A stretch of 61,453 bases of DNA from Minisyncoccota bacterium (GCA_023142595.1 JAGLJF010000027.1:1-61453), one strand, 5' to 3'; counted from the stretch's first letter, positions 10,083-20,682 are shown. Numbers and translations: made by a program. The notes: generated from the letters alone by a model not told the origin.

Positions 10083-10790
10083 ATGGAAAAATTAGCAATA
10101 CATCTAAAAAATGTTCATAAGTCATATTATCTTTTTAATGGCGAAGAAGTACCTGTGCTTAATGGTATTAATCTCGAAATTGAGAAAGGAGAATTCGTAG
10201 CGTTAATGGGAGAGTCTGGTGGCGGGAAAACAACTTTATTGAACATAATAGGATGTCTTCATTCCTTGACTGAGGGAGAATATTTTTTAGATGGAGAAAA
10301 TATTGGAGAAGTTAGAGATGATTATACATTAGCCTTTATCAGAAATAAAAAAATGGGTTTTGTGTTTCAGCAGTTTAATCTATTTTCTCGATTTACCGCA
10401 TTGAAAAATATTGCCTTGCCAGCTCTCTATTCTGGAGAGGAAAAAAATATCAGAGAGCAAAGAGCTATAAAGCTTATGAAAAGTGTTAATATAGAAGACA
10501 GGGCAAATCACAAACCCACAGAGCTTTCTGGTGGACAACAACAGCGTGTTTCAATTTGTAGATCACTGATAAATAATCCAGATATAATTTTGGCAGATGA
10601 ACCAACTGGTGCGCTTGATTCTAAGTCTGGTATTGAAATAATGAAAATATTTACTGATTTAAAAAAGAAAAATAAAACAATTATTATGGTTACTCATACT
10701 GCAGAAGTGGCAAAATATGCTGATAGAATAATTTATCTGCGTGACGGAAAAGTGGTGGATAATAATTATAAACTAACTTCAGATTATTAA
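10083..10790 (+). CDS. ABC transporter ATP-binding protein (MacB/LolD-type)
   Basis: Walker A 'GESGGGKTT', signature 'LSGGQQQR', Walker B 'ILADEPT'. Confidence 0.9.
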   Translation: MEKLAIHLKNVHKSYYLFNGEEVPVLNGINLEIEKGEFVALMGESGGGKTTLLNIIGCLHSLTEGEYFLDGENIGEVRDDYTLAFIRNKKMGFVFQQFNLFSRFTALKNIALPALYSGEEKNIREQRAIKLMKSVNIEDRANHKPTELSGGQQQRVSICRSLINNPDIILADEPTGALDSKSGIEIMKIFTDLKKKNKTIIMVTHTAEVAKYADRIIYLRDGKVVDNNYKLTSDY

Positions 10791-10791
10791 T

Positions 10792-11985
10792 ATGAAATTA
10801 GAAATTATAAAAATGTCTTTTGAATCTTTACTTGCAAATAAAACAAGGACGTTTCTTTCAATGCTTGGAATCATTATTGGAGTTTCTACTGTTATTGCCG
10901 TGTTTGCAATTGGACAAGGCGCGCAAAAAGCAGTAGACGAACAATTTCAAGGATTATCCGCTGATTCAATTATTGTTATGTCGATGAGAGGAAAAATCGA
11001 AAGCTCTAAACTCAAAACTACAGATTCAAAAGTGATAATTGAAAATTGTCCGAATATCTCAGAAGCAACGGCTGTGATACAAAGCACCCTGGCTGTTTCT
11101 TTTGAGTCTGAAAGTGGTTCTTTTAATATAATGGGGATTGAAAGCAATTATTTCGAAATGTCTAGTGTAAATATCGCTGAAGGCAGATTAATAACTGATG
11201 AAGATATAAAAGACAATGAAAGAATAGCAATTCTTGGAAGCGATGTTGTGGAAACACTATTTTTCGAAAAAGATGAAATAATTGGTCAAAATATAAAAAT
11301 AAACGGCAAGACACTTGAAGTGGTCGGGATAGTTGAAGAAACTGGAAGAAGTATGGGAAAAAATTCTTTGGACGATGCGATTTACTTGCCAAATACCACA
11401 GCAGAAAAAAGTGTTTTAGGAAGTAATTCTTCTGTAATGATATTTACAGTGGCTAGTGGCGTGGAAAATATTGAGATTGCATCAGAAGAACTTGTGAAAG
11501 CTTTGAGAGAAGAACATGGATTGAGAGATAGTCAGGGAGATGATTTTAGAATAATGGACGCGGGGGCTATGGTTGGAGCAGCCCAAGATTCAGCTGAACT
11601 TATGACATTTCTTTTGACTTCTGTGGCGGCTATTGTTCTGCTCGTGTCAGGTATTGGAATTATGAATGTTATGTTTGTCACAGTTGCAGAAAGGACAAAA
11701 GAAATTGGGATATCAAAAGCAATTGGAGGAAAGCAAGGAGATATTTTGGGACAATTTTTACTGGAATCTGTAATACTTTCAATGGTTGGTGGACTGTTTG
11801 GAATTATAGTTGGTTCATTGGCCATTCCAATTCTTTCAAAATTAGATATAATGGTATTGGCTTTTTCATGGACAGGTCCTGTAATAGGTTTTTGCTTTTC
11901 TGCTATTGTTGGTATATTCTTTGGATTTTACCCCGCTTTAAAGGCTAGTCGTCTTGATCCAGTAGACGCTTTAAGAAGTGAATAA
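10792..11985 (+). CDS. ABC transporter permease, FtsX/MacB family
   Basis: 397 aa with a TM, a large extracytoplasmic domain and three C-terminal TMs. The ending 'YPALKASRLDPVDALR' is typical of FtsX-like permeases. Confidence 0.85.
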   Translation: MKLEIIKMSFESLLANKTRTFLSMLGIIIGVSTVIAVFAIGQGAQKAVDEQFQGLSADSIIVMSMRGKIESSKLKTTDSKVIIENCPNISEATAVIQSTLAVSFESESGSFNIMGIESNYFEMSSVNIAEGRLITDEDIKDNERIAILGSDVVETLFFEKDEIIGQNIKINGKTLEVVGIVEETGRSMGKNSLDDAIYLPNTTAEKSVLGSNSSVMIFTVASGVENIEIASEELVKALREEHGLRDSQGDDFRIMDAGAMVGAAQDSAELMTFLLTSVAAIVLLVSGIGIMNVMFVTVAERTKEIGISKAIGGKQGDILGQFLLESVILSMVGGLFGIIVGSLAIPILSKLDIMVLAFSWTGPVIGFCFSAIVGIFFGFYPALKASRLDPVDALRSE

Positions 11986-12009
11986 CAAAACTATCATCTT
12001 CATGAAATT

Positions 12010-12044
12010 AATAGAAAATAACTTTTAAAGAGTTATTTTCTATT
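12010..12044 (+). terminator. Terminator-like perfect hairpin after the efflux operon
   Basis: 14-bp perfect stem AATAGAAAATAACT / AGTTATTTTCTATT with a 7-nt loop. There is no separate T-run. Confidence 0.5.
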
Positions 12045-12252
12045 AGTTAATGAATAGTAGTATGGTTTTCAATGTGGGTGGATTAGCACAAATATTTGAT
12101 TAAACAAATAAATTTTGTTAAAATTAAATCAAGAAGTATGAATATAGTTTGTAAATATAATTCTTGACATAACGATTATTGTGTATTAGTATGAGTTATG
12201 TTGTGAATAGGGCAAAGCATCTTGTTTTATAAATAAAAAATAAAATAAAAAT

Positions 12253-12552
12253 ATGTCAAAATCTAATCAAACGGCTGGTATGCAGATCGCAACAAAGTGC
12301 CCAATGTGTGATTTCAAATATGATAAAGATGACATAAAAGTAATAAATAATAAGGAAGGGATGACTACTCTTTATTTAGGTTGTAAGAGGTGTAAAAGTT
12401 CTGTGATGATTGTTATAATGACTGGGGCTTTGGGAATTACATCCGTGAGTATGATTTCAGATATAGTTGAAGATGATTTAAAAAAAATAGAAGGAAATTG
12501 TATTGAATATGATGATGTTTTAGAAATGCACAAGTTTTTAAAGAATAAATAA
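12253..12552 (+). CDS. Hypothetical zinc-ribbon protein
   Basis: 99 aa with CPMC..(28 aa)..CKRC, followed by a hydrophobic stretch. Confidence 0.45.
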   Translation: MSKSNQTAGMQIATKCPMCDFKYDKDDIKVINNKEGMTTLYLGCKRCKSSVMIVIMTGALGITSVSMISDIVEDDLKKIEGNCIEYDDVLEMHKFLKNK

Positions 12553-12563
12553 TATAAATAATT

Positions 12564-13247
12564 ATGGAAACATTAGTAATTTCTGCCCAAACAAGGGAAC
12601 TTAAAGGAAGAAAAGCAAATAAATTAAGAGCTCAAGGACTTGTTCCTGGTATTGTTTATGGACACAAGAAAGAAAGTCAGTCTATTTCAATTGACAGCAA
12701 AGAGTTTAAAAAAGTTCTTCGAAGCGCTGGTGAAAATACCTTAATTGATTTGAAAATTGGCGACAAAGAACAAGGAAAAGTTATAATTCATGAATATCAA
12801 ACTGATCCAGTGACTGATTTGGTAACGCATGTTGATTTATATCAAGTGAAAATGAACGAGAAAATAACAGCAAATATTCCAATTAAATTTGTCGGTGAAT
12901 CTTTTGCTGTAAAAAACGAAGGAGCAGTTTTGGTTAAAAGTTATGACGCTCTTGAAGTTAAGTGTTTGCCAGGAGATCTGATTCATTCTATTGAAGTTGA
13001 TCTTAGTCTTTTGGAAAATATTGATGATAATATTAAAGTGGGAGATTTGAAAGTGGGAGATAATATTGAAATTATAGTAAGTCCAGAAATTACTATTATA
13101 AGTGCTGGTGCTCCAAGAACAGCTCAGGAAATGGAAGATCTTGATGAAAAAGTTGAAGAAAAAGTTGAAGATGTTGATGACGGCAAGGAGAAAGTTGAAG
13201 GAGAAGAGAAAGAGGACGAAGATAAAAAAGCTGAGGATAAAAAATAA
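12564..13247 (+). CDS. rplY: 50S ribosomal protein L25/Ctc form
   Basis: 227 aa. The start 'R..GRKANKLRAQGLVPGIVYG' is typical of L25/Ctc, and the tail is acidic. Confidence 0.85.
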   Translation: METLVISAQTRELKGRKANKLRAQGLVPGIVYGHKKESQSISIDSKEFKKVLRSAGENTLIDLKIGDKEQGKVIIHEYQTDPVTDLVTHVDLYQVKMNEKITANIPIKFVGESFAVKNEGAVLVKSYDALEVKCLPGDLIHSIEVDLSLLENIDDNIKVGDLKVGDNIEIIVSPEITIISAGAPRTAQEMEDLDEKVEEKVEDVDDGKEKVEGEEKEDEDKKAEDKK

Positions 13248-13301
13248 GATTACTAGCTTTTGAGTTTGAAATTATATTTTCATTATAAAAATCGAGGTTT
13301 T

Positions 13302-14720
13302 ATGAATATAATCTTCAAGTCTAAAATCAAATTTTTTTCAAACAACCACAGAGCTATTTTGCTTTGTGGTTTGTTTGTTTTATTTTTTATTTTTTCATTT
13401 ACAATGGTGAGATCTGCAGAAGTTGGCGCTGATGAAATGAATGTGCAAAAAAATGATCAGCGTATTGAACAAATTAAAGAAGAAATTAAGCAAACTCAAG
13501 GGGAGATAAATAAATATACTGAAGAAGTTAAAGCGCAACAGCAAAAAGCAAGAACCTTGCAAAGAGATATCGCTATCTATAACAGTAAGATGAATAAGAA
13601 CGAATTAGAATTGAAAGAAACGAAATTATCAATTCAAGCAGCTGATGCAGAAATAGATAAGATTAAAGAAATATTAACAGAGGGCGAGATAAAAATTGAA
13701 GAAAATAAAGAATCGCTGAGAAATTTGATCAGGCTTTTGTATTCTTATGAACAAGATTCTATGTTGGAAATACTTATAACTAGAGATAATCTTTCTGATT
13801 TTTTCAATGAAATTGATGCCGTGGAGTCTGTTAAAGATGGAATGCTCCAAACAATAGTTGATCTCAAAAATCAAAAAGAGGAGTTGAATTTCAGAAGCGA
13901 AGAGCTTGAAGAGCAACAAAAAGAAAAAGGAAAATTAATCCAAATTAAATCATATCAAAATGATTCCTTGCAAGATCTTAAGGTTCAGAAAAATGAATTG
14001 TTGGAAGTTACTAAGGGAGATGAAAAACAGTTCCAGCAACTATTAGAAGAAAATAAAAATATTCTTCCATCTCTTCGTGCTGAGCTTTATGATTTACAGA
14101 GTTTGGGAAATAAAATTAAATTTGATGATGCATATTCTGCGGCAAAATATATCGGAGAAAGAATTGGAGTTCGTCCTGCTTTTTTACTTGGAATTTTAAA
14201 AGTAGAATCTAATCTTGGAAAAAACACAGGTAGCGGAAATTGGGAGGATGATATGTACGGATGCTATATGAGATTATCGGAAATAGCTCGTACTTCAAAA
14301 AGAAAAGCATATTATATAAAAAGAGCTAATACAGAAAAAAACGCATATTTTTCTATAATTGACAAATTGGGGATTGATCCATTTTCTGTCAAAGTTTCAA
14401 AAGAACCAACTTATGGTTGTGGTGGGGCGATGGGTCCTGCTCAATTTATACCATCTACATGGCTTGCTTATGAGCCAAGAATTGCGGATGTTTCTGGTCA
14501 CTATCCACCGAGTCCTTGGGAATTGGCAGATGCAATGGCGGCAATGGCGATATTAGTTTCTGATACTCCTGGAGTGGTAGGCGGAAACTATGATGCTGAA
14601 TATGAGGCAGCTGGAAGATACTTAGGAGGAGGAAATTGGAGATCAAAAAATTTATTTTTCTATCCAAACAAAGTAATGCTCTATGCTAATTTATACGAAG
14701 AAGAATTGAGTGGTTTATAA
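13302..14720 (+). CDS. Secreted coiled-coil protein with a C-terminal lytic-transglycosylase-like domain
   Basis: I prefer the ATG at 13302 (GAGG 8 nt upstream) over the TTG at 13260. The protein has a TM, ~250 aa of coiled coil, then 'LLGILKVESNLG' and 'GAMGPAQFIPSTW', which resemble SLT/MltB-type motifs. Confidence 0.6.
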   Translation: MNIIFKSKIKFFSNNHRAILLCGLFVLFFIFSFTMVRSAEVGADEMNVQKNDQRIEQIKEEIKQTQGEINKYTEEVKAQQQKARTLQRDIAIYNSKMNKNELELKETKLSIQAADAEIDKIKEILTEGEIKIEENKESLRNLIRLLYSYEQDSMLEILITRDNLSDFFNEIDAVESVKDGMLQTIVDLKNQKEELNFRSEELEEQQKEKGKLIQIKSYQNDSLQDLKVQKNELLEVTKGDEKQFQQLLEENKNILPSLRAELYDLQSLGNKIKFDDAYSAAKYIGERIGVRPAFLLGILKVESNLGKNTGSGNWEDDMYGCYMRLSEIARTSKRKAYYIKRANTEKNAYFSIIDKLGIDPFSVKVSKEPTYGCGGAMGPAQFIPSTWLAYEPRIADVSGHYPPSPWELADAMAAMAILVSDTPGVVGGNYDAEYEAAGRYLGGGNWRSKNLFFYPNKVMLYANLYEEELSGL

Positions 14721-14762
14721 AATATTATAATTTGGTTGTTTGTGAAATATATTAGATAGCTT

Positions 14763-15026
14763 ATGAAAAAAATTGTTCAAAATGAAAAAAGAGATATATT
14801 TGAAATAACTTACGCTATAAGTTTAATTACTCAAATTGGCGTGGTTGTTTCTGTAATTACGATATCATTTATTTATTCTGGTTATTATTTAGACAAGCAA
14901 CTTGATAAATCTCCGATATTTGTGATTTTTGGCGCATTATTTGCTTTTATATTTTCAATGTACGGTGTTTATCGTTTGGTTTTACCAATTTCAAAAAAGA
15001 AAGAGAAAAAAGAAGACGCTGAATAG
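14763..15026 (+). CDS. Small two-TM membrane protein (AtpZ/AtpI-like)
   Basis: 87 aa with two hydrophobic helices. The 'GYYLDKQLDKSPIFVIFGALFAF' pattern resembles the putative F0F1-ATPase subunit family. Confidence 0.4.
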   Translation: MKKIVQNEKRDIFEITYAISLITQIGVVVSVITISFIYSGYYLDKQLDKSPIFVIFGALFAFIFSMYGVYRLVLPISKKKEKKEDAE

Positions 15027-15111
15027 AATATTAAAAATATTTTGAGGAGTATTTTTATATATTTGTGGATGATAATTTGTTTATCGCAAGTGATTGATTA
15101 TTGCAAATGCA

Positions 15112-15140
15112 TTGACATAAATTACAATATAGACTATTAT
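15112..15140 (+). promoter_or_regulatory. Sigma70-type promoter for rpsP
   Basis: TTGACA (15112-15117), 17-nt spacer, TATTAT (15135-15140). Confidence 0.55.
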
Positions 15141-15177
15141 ATTGAAGTACAGAATAATAAATTAATGTGAAAGAATT

Positions 15178-15558
15178 ATGCTAAGAATAAGATTAAGTCG
15201 CGTGGGAAGAAAGAATATGGCTCAGTTCAGAATAACTGTGGCTGATATCAAAAGATCTCCGACGGGAAAATTTATTGAGATAATAGGTAATTATAATTCT
15301 CATACAAAAGAAAAAGTATTTAAAAAAGATCGAGCTGAATATTGGATTTCAAAAGGAGCACAACCTTCTCCAACCGTTTATAATCTTTTTGTTGATGCTG
15401 GAGTGATTAAGGGTGACAAGGTGACTTCTTGGAGACCAAAAAAGAAAAGTAAAGAAGAAACTGAAGCAAGAGCTAAAAAAGCAGAGGTTGTAAAAGAAGA
15501 AGCTCCAAAGAGCGAAGAGAAAACAGATTCGACCAAAGAAAAGAAAGAAGAGAAATAA
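15178..15558 (+). CDS. rpsP: 30S ribosomal protein S16
   Basis: 'MLRIRLSRVGRKN..F.I.VAD' is the canonical S16 N-terminus. The C-terminal tail is K/E-rich. Confidence 0.9.
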   Translation: MLRIRLSRVGRKNMAQFRITVADIKRSPTGKFIEIIGNYNSHTKEKVFKKDRAEYWISKGAQPSPTVYNLFVDAGVIKGDKVTSWRPKKKSKEETEARAKKAEVVKEEAPKSEEKTDSTKEKKEEK

Positions 15559-15570
15559 AAAATATCATCA

Positions 15571-15598
15571 TTGACAGTATTTTTTACAGTTGTATAAT
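15571..15598 (+). promoter_or_regulatory. Near-consensus promoter between rpsP and the KH-domain gene
   Basis: TTGACA (15571-15576), 16-nt spacer ending in TG, TATAAT (15593-15598). Confidence 0.55.
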
Positions 15599-15739
15599 TA
15601 ATTCGGTAGCATAAGTTGGTAGATAAAATTTAATCAGAAAAAGGTCGACAGAGTAAAAATGATTATAAAAATAGCATATAAATAATAAGTTAACTAATTC
15701 AAGCAAATTTTTTTGTTTGAAAATAGAAAGAAAACAGAA

Positions 15740-16084
15740 ATGGAAAATGCAACAGATCAAGAATTCGTAGAATTCATAGTAAAATCAATCGTTGATAACC
15801 CAAATGATGTAAAAATCGAAAGAACAGTTGATGAGATGGGAGTTTTAATTTCTCTTACAATCAATCCAGCTGATATGGGACAAATCATCGGAAGACAAGG
15901 TTCAACTGCAAAATCAATCAGAACTCTTCTCAGAGTTATTGGCGCAAAGAACAATGCTAGAGTTAATTTCAAAATTGTTGAACCAGAAGGCTCAACAAGA
16001 CCAGAAAGAACTGAGAGACCAGAAACAACTAATACACCACAAACTCAAGACGTAGAAGATGTAGTTAACGACCTAACTCTATAA
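15740..16084 (+). CDS. KH-domain RNA-binding protein (UPF0109-like)
   Basis: 'IIGRQGSTAKSIRTLL' is a GXXG KH motif. The position between rpsP and trmD is conserved. I prefer the ATG at 15740 to the TTG at 15713. Confidence 0.8.
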   Translation: MENATDQEFVEFIVKSIVDNPNDVKIERTVDEMGVLISLTINPADMGQIIGRQGSTAKSIRTLLRVIGAKNNARVNFKIVEPEGSTRPERTERPETTNTPQTQDVEDVVNDLTL

Positions 16085-16170
16085 TTTATTTATAGATTTA
16101 CAATAATTAAAAACCATGCTATTTTTTAGATAGTGTGGTTTTTAAAATGTGATTTAAATCATATAAATTT

Positions 16171-16872
16171 ATGCAATTTGATATTATTACAATTTTTCCG
16201 AAAATGTTTGACTCGTATTTTAGCGAAGGTGTTTTGTCGCGAGCTCTCAAGAAAAATCAAATAAAAATTAATGTGCATGATTTGCGAAAATATTCGAATA
16301 ATAGACATAATAAAGTTGATGACACCCCTTTTGGAGGTGGTGTAGGTATGATAATAAAAGTTGAACCAGTCTATAGGGCATTATTAGATTTAAAAATAAT
16401 AAAAAAAGACGGGACAAGAACGCAAAAATCTCAAAAGAATACAAAAGTTTTTTTAATGTCTGCGAAAGGGGAGCAGTATAATCAAAAATCAGCAAGAGAA
16501 CTCGCTGATTTAAAGAGAATCATTTTGATTTGTGGAAGATATGAAGGTGTTGATGAAAGAGTCGCAAAATATCTAGTTGATGGTGAAATTTCTGTGGGTG
16601 AGTATATATTAACGGGTGGTGAAATCCCAGCGATGATTGTTATTGATTCTGTTTCTAGATTAATTGGCGGAGTCTTAGGTAATGAAGAATCAATAGTTAA
16701 TGAGTCATTTGCGCAAAGTGGGTATATCGAACATCCTTATTATACAAGACCCGATATTTTTTCTCCTAATAAAAACATAAAATGGGAAGTGCCAGAAGTT
16801 TTGCAAAGCGGAAATCATCAAAAAATCAAGAAGTGGAAAGAAAAATACTCAAAAAATACTGGAGACTTGTAA
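16171..16872 (+). CDS. trmD: tRNA (guanine37-N1)-methyltransferase
   Basis: 'FDIITIFPKMF', 'DDTPFGGGVGM', 'CGRYEGVDERV' and 'GGEIPAM' are TrmD hallmarks. Confidence 0.92.
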   Translation: MQFDIITIFPKMFDSYFSEGVLSRALKKNQIKINVHDLRKYSNNRHNKVDDTPFGGGVGMIIKVEPVYRALLDLKIIKKDGTRTQKSQKNTKVFLMSAKGEQYNQKSARELADLKRIILICGRYEGVDERVAKYLVDGEISVGEYILTGGEIPAMIVIDSVSRLIGGVLGNEESIVNESFAQSGYIEHPYYTRPDIFSPNKNIKWEVPEVLQSGNHQKIKKWKEKYSKNTGDL

Positions 16873-16881
16873 ATTTTTTTA

Positions 16882-18447
16882 TTATTGTAAATCATCTAAC
16901 AAACTTCTTCCCGTCATGTCTTGAGGTTTTTGAATATCGAAAAGCTCTAATATTGTAGGAGCAATATCACTTAGCATTCCTCCGATTCCCTGATCGGAAT
17001 TTTTTTCTTCCTCATATCTGATATTATTGTTGATTAACATAAAAGGAACAGGATTCGAAGAATGTTCTGTTATTTTTTCTCCTGTTTGTACATTGAATAT
17101 TTCTTCCGCATTTCCGTGATCTCCTGTGATCAGAATAGTGTCGTTGTTAGCCATTGCTTCTTTATATAATTTTCCCAAACACTTATCAACAAATTCTACT
17201 GCGCTGACTGTAGCCTTTAGATCTCCAGTATGTCCTACCATATCTGCATTAGCGTAATTTATTAATATAAAATTAAATTCATCTTTATCTAATTCTTTCA
17301 GAATTTGATCTGTAATCATATCAGCGCTCATTTCTGGAGCTTTGTCATATTGATCAACAGATGGAGAAGGCACAAGTATTCTGAATTCATTTTTAAAAGG
17401 ATCTTCTCTTCCTCCATTAAAAAAATATGTGACATGTGCATATTTTTCAGTTTCTGCGACTCTTAATTGTTTGAGTCCATTATCGCTTAAAATTTTACCA
17501 AGTGGAAATTCGACATTATCAGGTGGAAATACTACGCTTACGTCAAGGTTTTTTTCATATTCAATCATAGTCGTGAAGTGTAAGTTGGGTATTTTTCTTC
17601 CTCTGTCGAATTTGTTAAAATCATTAGCGGTAAAAGCTTCTGTGATCTGTCGAGCCCTATCTTCTCTAATGTTAAAAAATATAATCGAGTCGTTTTCTTT
17701 TATTTGTTCAAAATCGCCGTTATTATCTGCAATCAGAGTTGGATTTATAAATTCATCTGTTATGTCTTTCTCATAATATTTTTCAAGAGCTGTTACGGAA
17801 TTTGTCTCTTTGATGCCTACTGAGTTTACAAGACAATGATAAGCTAAGCCAGTTCTTTCCCAAGTTTTGTTTCTGTCCATCGCATAATATCTTCCCATAA
17901 TACTTGTGATTTTTCCTGGCAAATTTTCTTCTTTTATATTTTTTTGAAGTTCTGAAATAAATTTTATGGCAGATTTAGGACTAGTGTCCCTTCCATCTGT
18001 AAAAGCATGTATGCACACAGAATCATTGTCTACTTTATTTATTTTAAGAAGTTCTAAAATGGCATATAAATGATCTATGTGACTATGAATACCACCATCA
18101 CCTAATAATCCTATTATATGCAATTTGGAATTATTTTTTTTAGAATGATTTATTGCATCGGTTAAGGCTTTTTTATCAAAAAAACTTCTATCTTGAATTG
18201 CAAGAGATACTTTTGGCAAATTTTGATAAATTATTTTTCCAGCCCCCATAATCATATGTCCGACTTCCGAATTTCCAACTTCTCCCCAAGGCAAGCCGAC
18301 TGCTATTCCAGATGCTTGAAGTTCAGTGCTAGGATAATAATTTTTAAATTCGTCCATATTTGGAGTGTGCGCATTTGCGATAGCATTCCCAGTCGTTTCG
18401 CTGTTTATGCCCCATCCATCTAATACTACTAAAATAATCTTTTTCAT
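16882..18447 (-). CDS. gpmI: 2,3-bisphosphoglycerate-independent phosphoglycerate mutase
   Basis: 521 aa with 'LVVLDGWG', 'GNSEVGH', 'TDGRD', 'ANADMVGHTG' and 'TGDHGNAE'. Confidence 0.92.
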   Translation of the reverse strand: MKKIILVVLDGWGINSETTGNAIANAHTPNMDEFKNYYPSTELQASGIAVGLPWGEVGNSEVGHMIMGAGKIIYQNLPKVSLAIQDRSFFDKKALTDAINHSKKNNSKLHIIGLLGDGGIHSHIDHLYAILELLKINKVDNDSVCIHAFTDGRDTSPKSAIKFISELQKNIKEENLPGKITSIMGRYYAMDRNKTWERTGLAYHCLVNSVGIKETNSVTALEKYYEKDITDEFINPTLIADNNGDFEQIKENDSIIFFNIREDRARQITEAFTANDFNKFDRGRKIPNLHFTTMIEYEKNLDVSVVFPPDNVEFPLGKILSDNGLKQLRVAETEKYAHVTYFFNGGREDPFKNEFRILVPSPSVDQYDKAPEMSADMITDQILKELDKDEFNFILINYANADMVGHTGDLKATVSAVEFVDKCLGKLYKEAMANNDTILITGDHGNAEEIFNVQTGEKITEHSSNPVPFMLINNNIRYEEEKNSDQGIGGMLSDIAPTILELFDIQKPQDMTGRSLLDDLQ

Positions 18448-18544
18448 AGTTTATCTTAAAACAATTATTTATTACAAATTGACACTTAACATTATATCAT
18501 TTATCCTTATTCTAGGCAAAAATTATTAATTAATTTTAATTAAA

Positions 18545-19078
18545 ATGAATAAAAAATTTAAGATATTTAAAAAATATTCTACGTCAGAAGACTCTTTTGA
18601 GATTGTTTTGAATCACAGCTTGATAGTCCTTGGTAAAAGTATAGAAATAATAAACAGAAAAAAACTTTATAATAAGATAGATTTTGGTTTAATTGTATCT
18701 GGCTGTTTGCTTCATGATATTGGTATTTTTGGTTTGAAAAATGGCGGTTTAGATACCACTAAAAGAGTTGATTATCTTCAGCATGGAATATTTGGTGGAA
18801 AAATATTAAGAAAAGAAAAGTTATTTAAAGAAGCGTTGATAGCAGAAAGGCATATTGGTTCTGGCCTTTCAAAAGAATATATTATGCAAAATAATTTGCC
18901 ATTACCTAAAAAAGATTTTTTACCAATTACTTTGGAGCAAAAATTAATTTGTTATGCTGATAAATTTCATAGTAAAAGTGGGAAAATAGATACTTTAGAT
19001 AGTATAAAAAAAGAAATGAAGGGTTTTGGTAAGGAGCCTCTAAGGAGATTTTTAGAATTAGAAAAATTATTTGAATAG
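18545..19078 (+). CDS. HD-domain phosphohydrolase
   Basis: 177 aa with the 'LLHDIG' HD motif. Confidence 0.6.
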   Translation: MNKKFKIFKKYSTSEDSFEIVLNHSLIVLGKSIEIINRKKLYNKIDFGLIVSGCLLHDIGIFGLKNGGLDTTKRVDYLQHGIFGGKILRKEKLFKEALIAERHIGSGLSKEYIMQNNLPLPKKDFLPITLEQKLICYADKFHSKSGKIDTLDSIKKEMKGFGKEPLRRFLELEKLFE

Positions 19079-19129
19079 AAAAGTGTTTTGAGAATAAAAA
19101 AGTTATTTTGTAATTTGGATAAAATAGAT

Positions 19130-19159
19130 AAAACCTCGGGATTAAATCTCCGAGGTTTT
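19130..19159. terminator. Bidirectional terminator between convergent genes
   Basis: AAAACCTCGG / CCGAGGTTTT stem flanked by A- and T-runs. Confidence 0.7.
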
Positions 19160-19190
19160 CATGTTATATGAGAATATAAAATAAATCAAA

Positions 19191-20543
19191 TCAAATCACT
19201 CCATCGTCTTTCATAAATTTTAAAGCTTCTATAACTGAATAAGATGCTCTGGTGATTCCCATGCTTCTCATATCTGTATCTGTTCCGACGAGGTATAGAT
19301 TTTTTATTGGAGATTTAGGAGAGGGGAACTTTACTCCCGTTGAAACCGCGGCTTTCTCTGGAATTGTAATTTGAATATGCTCAAGCTCGATATTCTCTTC
19401 TATACCTGGTATCGCCTTAAAAATAGTTTTTTTGAGTTTTTTAATTCTGTCTTCTTGACTCCCATTTTTAATGATTGTTGAAAAACCAACAAGCTGTTTA
19501 TTTTTTGGAGCAAGGTGAGCATCAAAATTTGAAAGTGGAATTGCCCAATAAGGCGTGTCTGTGTCAAAATATATTTCTGATCCTATATATGACAATTCCG
19601 GTAATTTCTTTTTTAATCCAAACCAAATCGTCAAACTTTTGGTTTGATGTAATTTTTCTAATTCTTCTTTATATTTATTTGCTAAGTTTTTTGTAAGACT
19701 AGGCAAATTTTTCATAAATCCTGAATAAATTACAAGATCAGAATAGTAGATATTTTTGTCGGTCTGAACTCCTTTGATTGTATTATTTTCTGTAATAAGT
19801 TCGAGTACTTTTTCGTTCATTCTGAAAGTTGCATTGTTTTTTGGAATTGAGTTTATGGCGCAATCGGTAATACTTTGAATCCCTCCAAGCGGATATCCTT
19901 GTGATGAATAATTGTTTTTTGTAAATTTAATCAGCGTTTTCAGATGTTTTTTATTGCTTTTGTCATCTTCATCGATATAGCCAGATCCTCCTAATATCCT
20001 CCAAGTTGGAGTTTCTTTCATTGATTTTCCAGATAAAAAATATGAAATTGTATCAATCAGTTTCAGAGTTTTTTCGGCTGGTTTATATTTTTTCATAAAT
20101 TCGTAAATACTTTTATCCAGCACTTCTCTGTTTAAAGAAAAATTTGCTACCGCATCTATCATTGAACTAGACATAATCAACCTTTCTTTTTTGGGAAGTA
20201 TATCAAATTTTGCAAGTTGCATGATGGTTAGTGGGAATTCCTGCAATTTATTTTTATCACGAACAAAATAATTTCCAATAGGAAAAAATCTTGGAACAAT
20301 TGTGAAATATTGATTGATCAATTGTTTCAAGGGTCCTTGGGCAAGCGCGGTTATCGCATGAGGGCCTGTATCCACATGATATCCATTAACTTCATATGTA
20401 CGGCAATTTCCTCCTGCAATACTATCTTTCTCAATAATAAGAACCTTTTTACCTTCTTTTGAAAGTGCCAGAGCGCTTAAAATTCCGCTTATTCCAGCTC
20501 CGATAACGATCGCATCATAACTTTTTTTTCTTTGTTTTTTCAT
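19191..20543 (-). CDS. FAD/NAD(P)-binding oxidoreductase (phytoene-desaturase/amine-oxidase-like)
   Basis: 450 aa with an N-terminal 'VIGAGISGILSA...E' dinucleotide-binding fold. Confidence 0.7.
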   Translation of the reverse strand: MKKQRKKSYDAIVIGAGISGILSALALSKEGKKVLIIEKDSIAGGNCRTYEVNGYHVDTGPHAITALAQGPLKQLINQYFTIVPRFFPIGNYFVRDKNKLQEFPLTIMQLAKFDILPKKERLIMSSSMIDAVANFSLNREVLDKSIYEFMKKYKPAEKTLKLIDTISYFLSGKSMKETPTWRILGGSGYIDEDDKSNKKHLKTLIKFTKNNYSSQGYPLGGIQSITDCAINSIPKNNATFRMNEKVLELITENNTIKGVQTDKNIYYSDLVIYSGFMKNLPSLTKNLANKYKEELEKLHQTKSLTIWFGLKKKLPELSYIGSEIYFDTDTPYWAIPLSNFDAHLAPKNKQLVGFSTIIKNGSQEDRIKKLKKTIFKAIPGIEENIELEHIQITIPEKAAVSTGVKFPSPKSPIKNLYLVGTDTDMRSMGITRASYSVIEALKFMKDDGVI

Positions 20544-20682
20544 AAATATTTAATTTAAATTAATTCAGACATAAAAGATTATATCATATAAAATTATAAT
20601 AGAAAATAGAAATAAATTGACTGAAATGTGATTATGAAGATATAATAATGATATTATTAACTTTATAAGATAAATAATAATT

